A DNA stretch of 64,000 bases, taken from contig MU058824.1 in assembly GCA_013265495.1 (NCBI GenBank), forward strand, positions 124,001 through 188,000, given 5' to 3'. The DNA comes from Vicugna vicugna. Taxonomy: Eukaryota. Shown in pieces: positions 1 through 13,790 of the stretch (positions are counted from its first letter, which is position 1; the number at the start of each line of letters is the position of its first letter). The position numbers and the translations under genes were made by a program. The notes under the pieces were generated by a model that did not search any database, was not told the origin of the DNA, and saw only the letters and a list, made by a program, of their open reading frames with translations.

Positions 1-649
1 TATTAATCGTTTATTTCATATTCATGAGTATAATACTATAGTATTATGACATACTTCTACTACAGAAGAGTTTGTTCTTTTATCTGGTTTTTAAAAAAGA
101 AGAGTTATGCTACTTTCTCATACCCTTTCTCATATTCATAACGAAAATTACTATCAACTATCCATAAAAATGGAAATGAAAATCTCTACCTTATCTATTT
201 CACTTGCTTGTGATCCAGGGAGATAATATAAGAGGAAATTCTTGCCAATGTTTGTACTGAGTTTACTTGCCAATTAGTTTGTACTAATTATGTAATGTCA
301 TTTTATTATCAAAATTCATTTATTCAATACCTCTAGTACACAAAGTCCCAAGGTAAATGCTATAGACCTATGAGCTCTGTTCTCAGAGACCTTACAATCT
401 TGTTAGAGAGCCAAATAGGAAAAAAAAAAAGTATATATATTAGATCATGCACTAAATCAAAAGGATAGACAATAAGTATAATATCTAATACCCATTAAAC
501 TGGAACATTCAAGAAAAGCCTCCTCAGAGAAAGTGAAAAGTGAATGGGCCTTGAACGATTAGTAGAAATGAGACAGATGAAAAGAAAAAAGATGATACAG
601 GTTTGAAAAACGACACTGAATTGGTATGTTTTAAAAACTTTAAAACTTC

Positions 650-1540
650 TATATGTCAAAAATATCATAAAGAACTAAAGTTTTAAACTCTGGGGAAAAC
701 ATTGTTAATAAGACACAAGTTATGATTACTAAAATAAAGATAGTACAGATTAATAAAAAATGGACAAAAGACAAATTTACAGAAAAATTACAAATGGCCA
801 GTACATTAAAAATGCTGATCTTTAGTAGCAGAATTATACACTAAAATGAGATGCTATTTTTAGTTTATAAAATTGGCCACTAGACAAACAAAAAATTCAA
901 TTTGGTGAGCAAACTCATATACCTGCTGTGGTAATTTAAACTGGCTCAATCTTTTGAGAACATAATTTAACAATACATTTCAAAAGTCCTATAAAAGCAA
1001 TGCTGTTTTTGATTTAGAATCACACATTCAGGGATGTATCTGAAGGAAACTATTGTAGATCAAAATTTATTACAGCCATTTCAAATGGAAATTTATTCAT
1101 ATCAAAAATGTAGAAACAACCTAAATATCCCACAAGGCAATGTTTATTTAAAGCATGTTATATCTGTTCAAGGAATTAATATTGCAGTCATTGAGAATTA
1201 CCCTTTTTAAGAACACTGTGTGACAGAAAAAGATAATGTTAGGTGAAAAGAAGGCAGTAACATCACATATATAACTCTGAGAACTTTGTGCCATTTTTAA
1301 ATGTACTATCTAGTCCACAAAACTGAATGCAGATTTTTAAAATAATGATAATATAAAATAAAAATATAGCAAAAAAATAAATTATATATCTCTCTCAATT
1401 TAGAAAAAAATACATATTCATAAAGTAAATCCTGGAAGAAAACATCAATAAATTTTTCACATTACTTGCCATCATGGTTTTTTGTTTCCACGTTTATAAT
1501 TTTCTGTATTTCTCAATCATTCTGCAATGAACAATACTTG
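650..1540 (+). mobile_element. Old L1 (L1ME-like) 3' fragments
   Basis: Degenerate L1 3' motifs (aaatggacaaaagac...caaatggcc, aaacaacctaaatatccc). Confidence 0.55.
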
Positions 1541-2002
1541 TATCATTTATTTACTTTTTAAAAAAGTAGTCAACTTACTTTATGAACCATAAATATGGCA
1601 TGCTACCCCAGGTCAAACACTGGTAAAGCAATTTCTAATATATTTTATAAGCAAGTTGATTTGCTGTACATTATCAGCAGGTTCCTACATCAATTTCAGT
1701 TAAAATTAAAGTTTTAATCAATAAAAAAAGTTTTAAAAAAATTAAAGTTTTACTTTAGATGTCTTCCTATATTCCTCCAGTTTTTTAAGGATCACATTCC
1801 TTTATTCTCTTTCCCGAAAATGTACACAAGAACTTTGTATGATAACCGGAGGAGCTGATGTTACTCTGTACAACGTATAATTATGTATAATTAGCAAAAA
1901 AAAAAAAAAAAAAAAGACCATACGTTCCAAGATGTCAAACGCTAAGTCTATGGACTTTTCAAGCCAACTCTTCACTCAAATGCTTAGTAAGTTTGTTAAC
2001 AT

Positions 2003-2170
2003 AGTGCTCGCAAAGGTGCTAACATCGCCCCCTAGGGGTGGGTGACCTAATGGAAGCATTTTTCGTTGTCACAATGACAAAAGGACATTATTGTCATTTA
2101 GCAAATGGACTACAAGGATGCAAGATGAACTGCAAAAGAAAGGGCAGTTCCACATAACATATGCACCTAT
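2003..2170. mobile_element. hAT-Charlie (MER20-like) fragment
   Basis: catttttcgttgtcacaatgac...aaggatgc motifs resembling the MER20 family. Confidence 0.4.
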
Positions 2171-2689
2171 TTCTGAATGCACCTTTAGCCATTCACATAG
2201 GACTATGATAAGACCATGTACGAGTATGATGGCTCAAACTTTTAAGTTTTAAATTCTAGCATCCACCGCACCTACTTTTTTTCAAGTACTTCTGATATGA
2301 AATTGCTGTTTTTTTAAAGCCAAATATTCATTATAAGTAGATATAAGTATCTTACTACTATACTGTCTTCTAGTGTAAGCTGCCCAAGCATTTACACTTT
2401 GAAATACTTATTTTACTATAAATTACTTTTATTTTTCTCCTTTACATTACGATTGTACATTATATTGATTTCTTTAATTATGTGTTTATGTAGGTTACAT
2501 TACTACGAATTTCATTTAAATAGTAAAGAAATGGAATGCAAATTGTTGGTTATAAAAAGGTCATTAAGTCTGATAGGGCTGACAATCTCTATGGTAATAA
2601 TGAACATTTACTGAAGAGTTTCTACCTAGTAAACACTGGCTACAACTTTAAATGTACTAAACTAACTTAAATATCATAAAAACGCTGTG

Positions 2690-2920
2690 AAGCACGTGAC
2701 TTAGTGCTTAGAGCCAGGGCTCTGAAGTCGAATGTTGAGTTCAAATCCTGGGTTGACATCCATGTGACTATGGGCTGGCACCACTGCCATTTGCCCTATC
2801 TGTAATTATAATTATAATAATAGCCACCCAGTAAAACTGTTATGACGATAAAATAAACAAAATCCACCTTTAGCATTTACATCTGGCCAAAATAAATTCT
2901 CAACAAACGTTAGCTGGTTT
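2690..2920 (+). mobile_element. MIR SINE
   Basis: ggctctgaagtc...gttcaaatcctgg...tgtgac...atctgtaa pattern. Confidence 0.6.
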
Positions 2921-3498
2921 TGCTACTGCTATTACCATTGCTATGTCTGAAGTCATCTCCCAGGGTCACAGCTGATCAATGGAGGATCCACGACTCCTGA
3001 CAACTGATGTACTCTAACCACTACACACTCAAGTTATTCAGCAGGACCTCACTATATGTCACTTGCTGGTAGTGAGCAAGGGACTTAAAATAATGCAGGC
3101 AATCTCCTTGAAATTCGATCTAACAAGCACGTACTTAGGAGTGAGCATGAGATAGGACAAGCAGACCTGAAGTTCCTTGGTCAGTCTGTTTCCAGGGGTC
3201 TCTCTTAGGAGCCTCTCATTATACTATGGAAAACTTAAGGGATTTGGGCAATTTTAACAATATGCAACTTCTGATTTAGGCACCGGCTCTAACCTAAGGT
3301 CCACCTCCTCTCTACTGCCTCTTGCTGGGGAAAAGAATTCCCCCCTATACCTTCTCTTTAGCTGGAAGAATGTGATTTGAAGTAGTTTAGAAAGGTGCAG
3401 GGCTGTAAAACTCTGCAGCCACATTTAATCAAGGATTTACTGTGCACCTACTGTGTGTCAGGAACTGTACTGAATATAATAAATAATATTAACCAGGC

Positions 3499-3985
3499 TG
3501 TGATTAATGTTATGTGTCAAACTGACTGGCCTCAGGATGCCTAGATTAAATATTATTTCTGGATTTATCTATGAGGGTGTTCCTGGATGAGATCAACATT
3601 TAAATCAGTGGCTGAATACATGCCTTCCCCAATGTGGGTGGGATCATCCAATCGACTGAGGGCCTGAACAGAACAAAAAGGTGAACGAAGGGAGAATTAG
3701 CTCTTTGCCTGACTGATGCTGTGGGGCATTGGTCTCCTGGATCTTGGGCCTTCGAACTCAGACTAGGACTTACATCATCAGCTCCTCTGATTCTCAGGGC
3801 TTCAGACTCAGATTGAAACCACACCACCAGCCTTCCTGGGCCTCCAGCTTGTAGACTGCAGATTGTGGGACTTCTCAGCACCCATGATTGAGTGAGCCAA
3901 TCAATTCCTTATAATAAATCTCTTTCTCTCCTCTCCCTCTCATATATATGGTTGGTTCTGTTTCTCTGGAGAACCCTGACTAATA
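3499..3985 (+). mobile_element. MLT2-type (ERVL) solo LTR
   Basis: tgtgattaatgttatgtgtcaaactgactggc...tgtgggtgggatcatccaatc...aataaatctc...gttctgtttctctggagaaccctgactaata. Confidence 0.85.
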
Positions 3986-5439
3986 AAAGGTCTAATAAGA
4001 GGGTACAGTACCCAGCAAGAGCAGACACTGAGACACTCAGGAAAAAAGACATGTAGTCCAGAGAACTCCAGAGAGAAGAACATAGAGGAAGAACAAAAAC
4101 ATGGAAAAAGCCATAGGCACTTCTCTTTATTAACCAAGTTTTAATGGAAAGATGCAATACTGATCATGTTTCTTTGTACAAAATTAACAAAAGGAGGTTT
4201 GCTTATATATGTGGTAGGATGTAATTGCTCCTATTACCAGGGTGAACAAAACAATTTTAGAATTTAAAACCCTGTTATCTGTTAAAATGTGTTATATTAT
4301 GTCCCAGAAACCTAACATTAACATTGAAAGCATGCTGAATCATATGCAAGTTTTTTAAATGAATTGAAAGACACTGCTACAGCATCCAGCAGAGAAGTGT
4401 TTAATGGGCACACGAGGTCATTGTTCTTAAGCTGAAAAAAACCTAAATCTAACTTGAACAGACTTACAAGCTTATAAGAAGGCAGAGTAGTCAAAGGAAG
4501 GTTTGCTCAGCAGCAGGATCAAATCCTGCTGTAAGCCCTTAGGCAGTTTGCTCCTACAAGACAAGCAACTTGGCTTTAAACATCTTTATATCCCCAGCAT
4601 CTAGCCTAGCACTTGGCACAAAGCAAGCATTGGATAAATGTCTACTGATCTCAACTCCTAACTTTTATTTTCCTCTCCTGCTTCGCCACAAGGTAAGACT
4701 GTGAGGGATTCAGACAGATCATGAGAAGACTTTCCTACCTGTTCAAGTACCTTTAAAAGGTCAAAAAGGTTTTATAATCTTAGAGTTGCAGGGAAAGACT
4801 TTCAAGGAATGAAAAGCAGGATCATAAAGATAAATAAGAAGTGAAAATTTGAAACTTCTTCATATCAAAAAACATAAACTAAACAAAAATGAAAATGACA
4901 CTAGGATAACTTCTTTAAAGTACAGAATTCTCTTTCTCTAGACTAAACTAAGAGGGAACCCTCTTTAAGGTGAACACTACTAGGTGGTTTAGTACTTGAA
5001 AAAGAAATTAAAATACCTGTATGTTCGTGTAACACACAGACTATTTCTAGAAGGAAATACAAGAAGCAACAGAAATTGCCTCTGAAAAGAGCAATTGGTA
5101 GACTGAAGTGAAAGGCAGACATTTTTTCAATATGTTATATATCTTATATAATGTTCAAGTTGTTTACTATGAGCATATGTCACTCTTGAAAAACATCAAA
5201 ACAGTACCTACAACATTAGGTTCTCATGAGAGTTCATGAGTTATATAAATGTATATATTAAATATTTAGAACAGTTAATGGATATAAAATGCTCAGTACA
5301 ATAAGCAATATTATAAGACTATGAATAGTATATATAGCATATATACATACATATGTTACAAATACAGTATTATAAGAACATGAGTAGTATATACAGAGTA
5401 TACACATATACATACATATGTCTTTACAAATCAACAGAA

Positions 5440-6420
5440 GGGAAAAAGAAAACACTTCCCAAAATGGACAAAGAATATCAAAAATTAATTCACAAAAAAA
5501 GTCAATAAGTTTATGACACATTTTCAAATTCTCTAGTAATCAAACGCAAATAAAAATTTTTGTTGTCTTTCGGATTTATATAATTTAAAAGGACTAACAA
5601 AATCCACTACCAAGAGTTTGAAAGGAAACAAGCAGCCTGATACATTGCTATTGGTGAGAATGTCAATCTGTACATGAGCATCCCACTGGCCCAGCAATTC
5701 CACATCCAGGAATTTAACCTAAGGACATATAAGACAGTTGGAGGAAGGGAACAGCCCCAACTTTCCCCATACCAGATGGCTAAATTGCCAACAAAAATCC
5801 TGCAATTTTTCTGGCATAAAGAACCAGAGGATGGAATTCAGGGCAACCAAAGCCAATGGAAAGAGAGAGAGAAAGAAGAGAGTGAGCAGGGAGTCCAGAT
5901 TCTGTGGCAGACCTCTGAACCAACCAGTCATGGGACATGCTCCAAGCAGCCCAGCTAAGGCTAAAAGAAATGATATTTGTGTTGCTACTCACAACAGAGA
6001 ACAGAGAGTCTGCAATTTAAGTTCAGCCACTTTAACTGTTTCAAAATGACAATACTCAAGAGGGACATAACAGAATTCAAACCCTCGAAAACATATCATT
6101 CATAATGTGTAGTATACATTCAAAATTAATATGAAAAAAACAAGAAAACACAATCAACAGAGATGGTCCCTGAGATGTCTCAGATGCTGAAATTGGCAAA
6201 GATTTTTGAAGCAGTAATATCTATGTTCATGGAGAATATGGCTGTAATGAGTGAAAAGACAGGAAATCTCAGGAGACATGTAGAACCTGTAAATTCTAAA
6301 AATAAAATATCTCAAGTTAAAAACTCACTGGATGGGCAGAATGGAGCGACAGAAGAATAAGATTAGTGAAGCCTGAGATAGGTCAATAAAAATTATCTAT
6401 TGTGAGGAACAGGAAGAAGT
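5440..6420 (+). mobile_element. L1M fragments (3' piece, then ORF1-region relic)
   Basis: cccagcaattccac L1 3' motif; 6163-6420 resembles degenerate ORF1 coiled coil (KNKISQVKNSLDG). Confidence 0.55.
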
Positions 6421-7651
6421 AAAGGTTCATTGCTATACACTATGTACACCAACACCTTCTTTTAGGAAAGAAGCCCACTTCAGTTACAATCCCTTTTAAG
6501 AGGTTCTGGGGAGCTGGAGGGCTGCCAGACACAACAATGGCCTATTATTACACCAGTAACCATGGAGAGGTGGGCACAAGGTTAGCTAAGGCATTTCATG
6601 ACTATAAACAGTGGATTGTAAAGTCCCTTTGGACCAAGAAGAACCTTTCTGGCTGGTAGACAGTATACTCCCCAACCCTTCCTCTTTTGCTTAAACTTTC
6701 TACTTCTTTTAATAAAAATAAACATGACAGTTAATACTTCTCAAAGAGGCTTCATAAGCAAGCTCCTTTTCTGATTCAGATGCTCATTACACTATCATAA
6801 GAAAGGGTGAGAAACATGCCCTCTCTTTTCAGATCACACAGAAGCATGCCTGAGGTTACAGGGTTACTAGAAATACTGACTATCCTGTGCTTTTATTCCT
6901 GATCTCTGCACCCTTTCCTCCCTTTAAAATCCAAAATGGTGGGTACATTAGAATAAGATTTAGAAAAAAAAAATTCTAGTTCCTTCTTTGTCTCATCTCA
7001 AATCCTGAATCAGGGACCATTTTGTGAACAACATTCTGAAGCCAGATTATATAGTTCAATCACAGAAAATAAACAAAAAAGAATTGAATGTAACACATTT
7101 CACTTTCCTTCTTTTTTAGATAAAAGAATTATAACTAAAACAGCATCTAAAAAGCAAAGATATTCACACTATTCACTTGAGGTTCCCCTCTCCAGTCCAT
7201 CTCTAACCCCCGTCTACCCTGAGATACCAAATTGGTCGTGTTCTCTGGCCTAAAAAGATGGGACAGTAGCAAACAGTAATGGAAGGGAAAGAGAAAGACT
7301 AGGAAGAGAAGGAAATGGGGAAAAGGCCAATATTTTAAATAAGTGATTCTACTGCAACCTGTACCTTATTTCCTTTCAATGACAATTACATCTTATATTT
7401 GAATAGAACTTTAAAATTTTTTTCAAAGCATTTTCACATTCTATTAGTGCCAGTCTGTCCTTGTAATTCAAGAAAAGAAGCATGGACGGTACAAATAATA
7501 GCACTTCATCAGACGAAAAAGAATCAGTGGGCTGTGAATCCAACTTTCTTGTGGCGTTCAAGGTGTTTTAAAAAGTTTTTTAATTTGAAAAATGTAGAAT
7601 TATAAAATATGACAAAAGTAAAATTTTTTAAAAGAAGTTTGGTTTCCCTAC

Positions 7652-7761
7652 CTGAAATTGACATGCACATTTCAAACCATCTCCATCTTCCTTACAGACT
7701 CCTCCATATTTACATGATGATTCATCACAAACTCTTACATCAGATTCTCTCACATTTAATT
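7652..7761 (-). CDS. TMEFF1: TMEFF1 coding exon 2 (start of first follistatin-like domain)
   Basis: Not in the ORF track; found by reading. Acceptor CTTTTGCAG|AATTAAATG, donor TTTCAG|GTAGGG; 110 nt; in frame with exon 1: (E)LNVRESDVRVCDESSCKYGGVCKEDGDGLKCACQFQ. Confidence 0.96.
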
Positions 7762-10700
7762 CTGCAAAAGAGGGAAAATTGTTTTCATATATATTTTAAT
7801 ACAAATGTATATAGAGATAAACTCCTTATACTTCATTCACAAATATAAGACATAACATATTAAAACAAATTCTACAGGACACAAAATGTTCAAGATTCCC
7901 CAAAGAGTCTTGCATAGTAATATGCCTAAAAGCATATAAAGCAAAACAAAATAAAGCTCAAAATTTCAGGATTTCACATAATTCCCAAAGGTAAATCTAT
8001 AGAATTTTCCTATTTTACCTGCCAAGAGCTTAAGACAGTCTTCTTACTATTGTCTTAATATTTTAGATTATTTTTCTAGTGATTAAGTTATTTTTAAGGA
8101 GTCTTGATTCTTTTGGTACCCAGAATAAGCTTCAGACGATCATTATTTACTCTACAGTTTTAATTACAAAAGAATTATAAAATAAATTTGAATTTCATAC
8201 AGTAGGTATGTATGGAACATTCACATACAAAGAAAAAGATTTAATATCTCCCTAGACTTAAAATTTTTAAATGACTTTACTACCACAGGAAGCAGAGCCT
8301 ATCAACAATGCTAGCATTCTGTGGTCATTCGGTGCCTGTTCCAAGACTGTCAGTCTTGTTCTGGAACTACCAAATTATTCTCTCTAGGAAACCCAATAAA
8401 TTTTTTCAGGTTAGTGTTAAGTGAAGCTGCCAATCATGTGGAATGGTGAAAACCACTACAAAGCTGATTTTCATATCCTCCCTACCGGGGAAGAGAGCTA
8501 CAACAACAAATGCGCTTATATGAACAATAAACAAATGACTGTTTAAAAAAAACCATTACAGCATAGAGGCAAACACATGCATCCAGGAGGAGAGAGGCCC
8601 AAGTTAGCTTCTGACCCTGTCCCTCAGTAGCTGAGAGACTCTGGGAAGAGCATGAGGCCCCTGGCAGCTCTAGATCGAGATGAGGTCTTGGAAGCAGATC
8701 GCAGGGAGCATTTCTTCAGCAATCTTTCATTCCTGGTTGTTTTTCACTTCTAGAATTCAAAGTAGGGCTCGGTGGACTGAGTCAAGGAGGTTCTATTTCT
8801 ATATCTAGCGACATCTGTCCTGGTTGACATTTCTCTGCCTCTGCCCCATTTGTCCTCAAAGCTCTGCAGTGTGTCCTAGGTCTCCTACTCCCAGCTGACC
8901 CTGTGAGGAGTTGGCAGTCAAGTACCTAAAATGCCCAAGTAGTTGATAGTGAGAGCCATTATTTGAGTAATCACTCTGAATCAAGCCCTGCACTAAAGTA
9001 AGCATATGTCTATGTAACTATAGGTTACAAAATTTTTTTCTTCTTTTCCTTAAATGGATCCCAGGTGCACAAAATTGGATTGCTCTAAAGTTCAAACATA
9101 TGTGTAAAATTTAAAAAATGATGAGCAGAAACGAAAACAACAGGAAACTAATGCAGCTGTTTGTCACTCTCAATGTTTCACACACTATTTACAGCACAGA
9201 TGATCATCTTGCAATTTCTTTGACCTTGGCTCTGGACACTTTATGTTCTTGGTTTTCCTCATCTCCCAATTTTTGCTCATTCTCCCCTACCCCCTGTAAC
9301 CATTTGCATCAGTTCCTGAGGCTCAAGCCTAAGTGTGGGGTTTGCTTTTTTTCTATCTACCTACATTCCTACCAGGAACTTGCACAAGGTCTGGGTTTCA
9401 GTTACTGTCTAATGTACATCTTGAAACCCAAGGAAGATCAGTAAATATTAATAAAGAATCACTCTAGAAAAGAGAATAAGAATGTATAGAATCTTTGCTC
9501 AACTACAGGCTTGATCAATTTTAGGGGCCACAGAAATAAAAGGCTTGCAAAATTTGGGAAATAAAATTTAGTGTATTTCTCTTACTGCTTTTCTTTATAG
9601 CCTTAAACTTCACACTAGGTTCCAACACAATCAGACATATCAAACAAGAATAAGTAAAGTTTTTGTTTTGTCTGTGGGCCAAGATCATGCATAAGTTAAG
9701 ACTTGCTATCTTGGCTTTTCAGTTGGAATATTTTACCTCTTGTGTTCTAAAAGTACAATGGGTTTGCCATCTAGAGCCTAAACCATCCCTGCCACTAAGA
9801 TTCTCATATGTCTGTGAGAGTTGTTCAGGCATTTGTTTCTGTGAGGAACTAAGAAACATTTTAGGAGAACAATCATCCATACTAAAGTGAGGCAGAAAAG
9901 CTCAGCCCGATAAACAAAGCCTTGGTTGGACAGGAAGAGTGATCCCAGGCACAGGGTGGTATGTATCACTCAGACTGCCCTAAAGGGTCATCATGACAGA
10001 GACAGATGGACTAACAACGAGAAACTAAAGAATGGCTTTCACTAAAAACTCTGAAGCAACAGATAAAAAGAGCTCTACTTTGATGCCCACATAACAAAAT
10101 ATAACAGAGGGGGAGAAAAGGGGCCGGGACACCTCAACCGTACACTGGGCAGAGCAGCACAAGGCCTTGGAGACAGTGGTGTCAGGTTCAGAGGTACACC
10201 TCTGAGATCTAGATAGGGGATCTCTAGGGGGAGGTACCAATGCACAAGTTCAGGGGCAGCAACAAACATCACAGGAAGAAAATGACACGCCACGTATCAG
10301 TGGCCAGAAAGCTTTAGTGAGCCTACACGGAATACCCTTGGGTAACTCCAAGAATAAACCCAGTGAAGAGGTATTCCAGGGGAGTGAGAGGTCCTAGGTA
10401 AGGGTGAAAGTCATGAAATACTGATCACACTGGTTATTTGTCATGTTTTATTTTACGCCCATCTTGCTATCAAATCCATGCTATTTTCATGTGTGTTAAT
10501 GTGTTAAATGTGATTATGTAGTTGACCAGGAAGCAATTACATATCTACTATGTACCTAACACTATGCTAAGACTTTGTGACACACTTAAAAAAAACACAA
10601 GAGAGCTTATGACCTTGCTAACATATGGAACAATCAGTGATGAATTCAATATAAATATAGTCAATAATAAGGGGGAAATTATGTTGTATAAGCTATGTTT

Positions 10701-11309
10701 GCTCTAGGAGTTTCAAGGAGGAGATAAAAACGGATTTGAAGTATAAGGTACAATGTCAAAAACAGCAAGACTTGCACTGACATTGAAAAATTAGTAAGTC
10801 TCTTTTTGATTATAAAACTAATAAAGGATCATTACACAGAATTTAGAAATGGCATTTTAAAATACTGTTTTAATTGCCCACAGTGTGAGTAATATTTTAA
10901 AAGAGACAAAAGAATGTTCTTGTCTAGGAAAACAATATAAGTGAAAGGAGAGATACAAGTAAGTTAATAGTACATATAAATATCATCAGTGGTTTCCAAA
11001 CAACATTCCTTAGGAAAACTGGTGTCCTAGACTACAGTGTACCTTCATTAAAATCAGGCAAGAATTTTAATTTCTTATTTGAAAGGGAAAAAAAAAGTCA
11101 ATGGAAAGAATTTTCTCATTTTAAATGAGTTTTTTTTCACTTTTATTACTTAAACCCTCACTATCTGAGATTACTTCCTTGCTAGCTATCAACAAAACCA
11201 ATGTTCAACAAATAACATTAACAGAAAAATGCCAAAAGTGTTTTATGATAACACAAGAGCATGAATGGCACAAGCTCACAAACATACACCTGAGACTGTT
11301 TTGTTACTG

Positions 11310-11740
11310 TGAAAATCATGGCTAATTGCCTACTTTGGCTCTATTCTCCCCTTCTTACTTAGTAAGGGACCCCCAAATTTTGTTCTGGGAAACAAGGTAC
11401 TCAGCTAAGTAATCTATTTCCCAGACTCTGTACCACAGTACATAAGCACTATCCATTCCTCCTTCCTCCTTCCACTCTTTGTCCTGCTTGGAAAGTAAAC
11501 CTCTCTCCTAAGGTTGCAGCAGCCATCCTACAAGCATGAAGGTGAAAGCTACAAGCTAAAGATGGTAGACCAGAAAGACAGGAGCAAGAGCATGGAGAGG
11601 ATTATGGAATCACCACACCTATCCTGGATTTCATCCCTCCAGACATACTGTTACAGGAAATGAACACATAAATTAAACCCTTATCATTTAAGGCATTATT
11701 GGTCAGGTCACTGATACTCGTAGTTATAGACAATCCTGAC
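11310..11740 (+). mobile_element. MaLR LTR (MLT1J-like)
   Basis: gcagcagccatcct...catgaaggtgaaagc...attaaacccttatcatttaagg pattern. Confidence 0.6.
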
Positions 11741-12469
11741 ATAATGATTGCACATAAATTCAGGATAAATATTTCTAAGCAAAGTCTTAAATAATCTGGG
11801 GCTACAGTATAATTATTTATCAAGAGCGTCATGACTTCCTGGCACTCTGACTCCTCAAAAATCGAGAACCAATGCCTTAGTTCAAACTCAGTAGAGAAGG
11901 AATTCTATTTGGGGATCATCTTTTGTATGTCATTTCTTTTCAAGTGTTCTGCACAGTACCGGGCATCAAGAGGGCACTCTGACCTGTCAATGATGATGAT
12001 TAGACACCTGCCTTCCTGAGCCCAAAATGGAAATTCAGCAAAAAGGATGAGCCGTTTTGAAGGCCCTCAAAAATCAATTCTTCAAACGGAAATATTTCAC
12101 ACAAAGAAACACTTGGAAGAGTGGGTCAAAATAAAAATATTTTGCTCTGGTTACAAATGTGCCCATCCTACAGTTCTCTAAATGTAAAACTTCTCTCAAT
12201 TTTCATTAACATGTCAGAGCTGGGAAACAATACAAAGTAGGGGAAGGAACCCTACTTATTATGAACCTCAACTGGCCAAATCCCTACCTTTTGGCAGCAC
12301 TAACTAGGTTCAGGCTGCAGTTCAAAATAAGACCCATTAGCCCTCCAATATGATGAGGCTTTCCTACCACCATTCCATTACACAGAAGGTAGATTTGGGG
12401 ATCTTATCAGTTAGCCAATAATTATGGAAGACAAAACTGAATAAACTTTGCGAGATGTTACAGTAGAAT

Positions 12470-12672
12470 TGAGGGCTTCTCAGCCCTTGACACTACTGAC
12501 ATTTTGGACTAGATAGTTCTTTGTTGTGGGGGGGCTATCCTGTTCACAGGGGGATGTTCAGGTCCCACTAGAAGCCAGTAGGACCATCCCAGCTCTAACG
12601 ACCATACATGGCTCTCCAGACATTACCAAACATCCCTTGGGAAACAAAATTACCCCCAGTCAAGATCCACTA
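12470..12672. mobile_element. MER20 (hAT-Charlie)
   Basis: ttctcagcccttgacactactgacattttggactagatagttctttgttgtgggggg...ccagacattaccaaacatccc...aaaattacccccagt. Confidence 0.85.
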
Positions 12673-13129
12673 TAAAAGATAAAACCAAAGTATTTATGTT
12701 TAAGTCTCTAACACAACTGCTATAAAGAAAATGAATCAAATAAGCAGCAAAGCGCAAGATCTCTGCACATTATTAGGGCTATTTTTCATTTCAATAGAAG
12801 GACCTAAATATATTCTGCCTCCATGTTTACGTCAAGTCCTGGCTTAGAATAGGTGCCTCTCCTTTAATAGTGTCTTAACCTCCAGTAAGACTGGCTTCCC
12901 CTCTCTTCCTATCAAAACTATCAAAAGTCAGTAAGACCTCTAATCTAAAGATCCCATACCTTTTATCTTAATCTTCCCACTCTTTTCTTGACCTTTCTGC
13001 AGCAGCTGACACATCTGGCTTCCCCTTCCAACCTAATCATCTTGATTATCCATCCCAACTCTCTGACCATTTCTTTCAGTCACTCTTTGTTCCCTCTCCT
13101 ACTGCTCAGTCCATGTCCATGGCACTCTT

Positions 13130-13790
13130 AGAATTTAACCCCAATTTAATTAACTCTCCAGATTAACCAAAGTGTGCTATTCTCTGTAAAACATACCAAC
13201 CAATGCCTACGGCATGATGAATCCTCAATGCTGCTAGGTCACTCTCTGGAACATTCACAACTATTTTAGCTCCAATCAGGAGAGCTGCTCTTATGCCTCA
13301 AGAGTCAGTTATATGTGTTATCCAGCCTGTGTATGCCAACTGTATTTATTATTGTAATTATGCAGTTTCAACCTTTCATAAGAGTGAAAATAAACTTTCT
13401 ATGAAAACAAAATTGAATGCTACAGAAAGACTTAAGACAAGCTGCTTTTTAAAAATAGCTGTTGCCTTAGGTGTAAGCAAGATAAAAATCTAGATTTTTT
13501 TTGTATCCACAAGTCTTTAAGTTCCTTTTTAAAGATATTAAAACTGGAATCTGTACTCAATGCATTATGAATGCAGTTTATTCAAGAAAGGGGAAACTCC
13601 AGCTATTCTCAAAGTAAAATTTGGGGTCCCCTTTCAAAATACTGTTTAATAAATATGCTCTATATTTTTAAGATAAAATGCTACATGCATTTATAAATCA
13701 TTTTGTGATGCCTCACGTAAAAAACTTTCTTGATTAACCAATTAACTACCAGAATCTTAAGGCACTGAGACACGAGGGTTCCTACTATAT
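13130..13790 (+). mobile_element. Old TcMar-Tigger element with CENP-B-like HTH transposase relic
   Basis: ORF 13293-13493 ends LSMKTKLNATERL...KIAVALGVS, resembling the Tigger/Jerky N-terminal HTH; further broken similarity (KLESVLNAL*MQFIQER) near 13540-13600. Confidence 0.55.

Noticed and set aside
1..7651. TMEFF1 exon 3 (Kazal motif, PVCGSNG-like)
   Set aside because: Searched by eye and not found; presumably left of the window.
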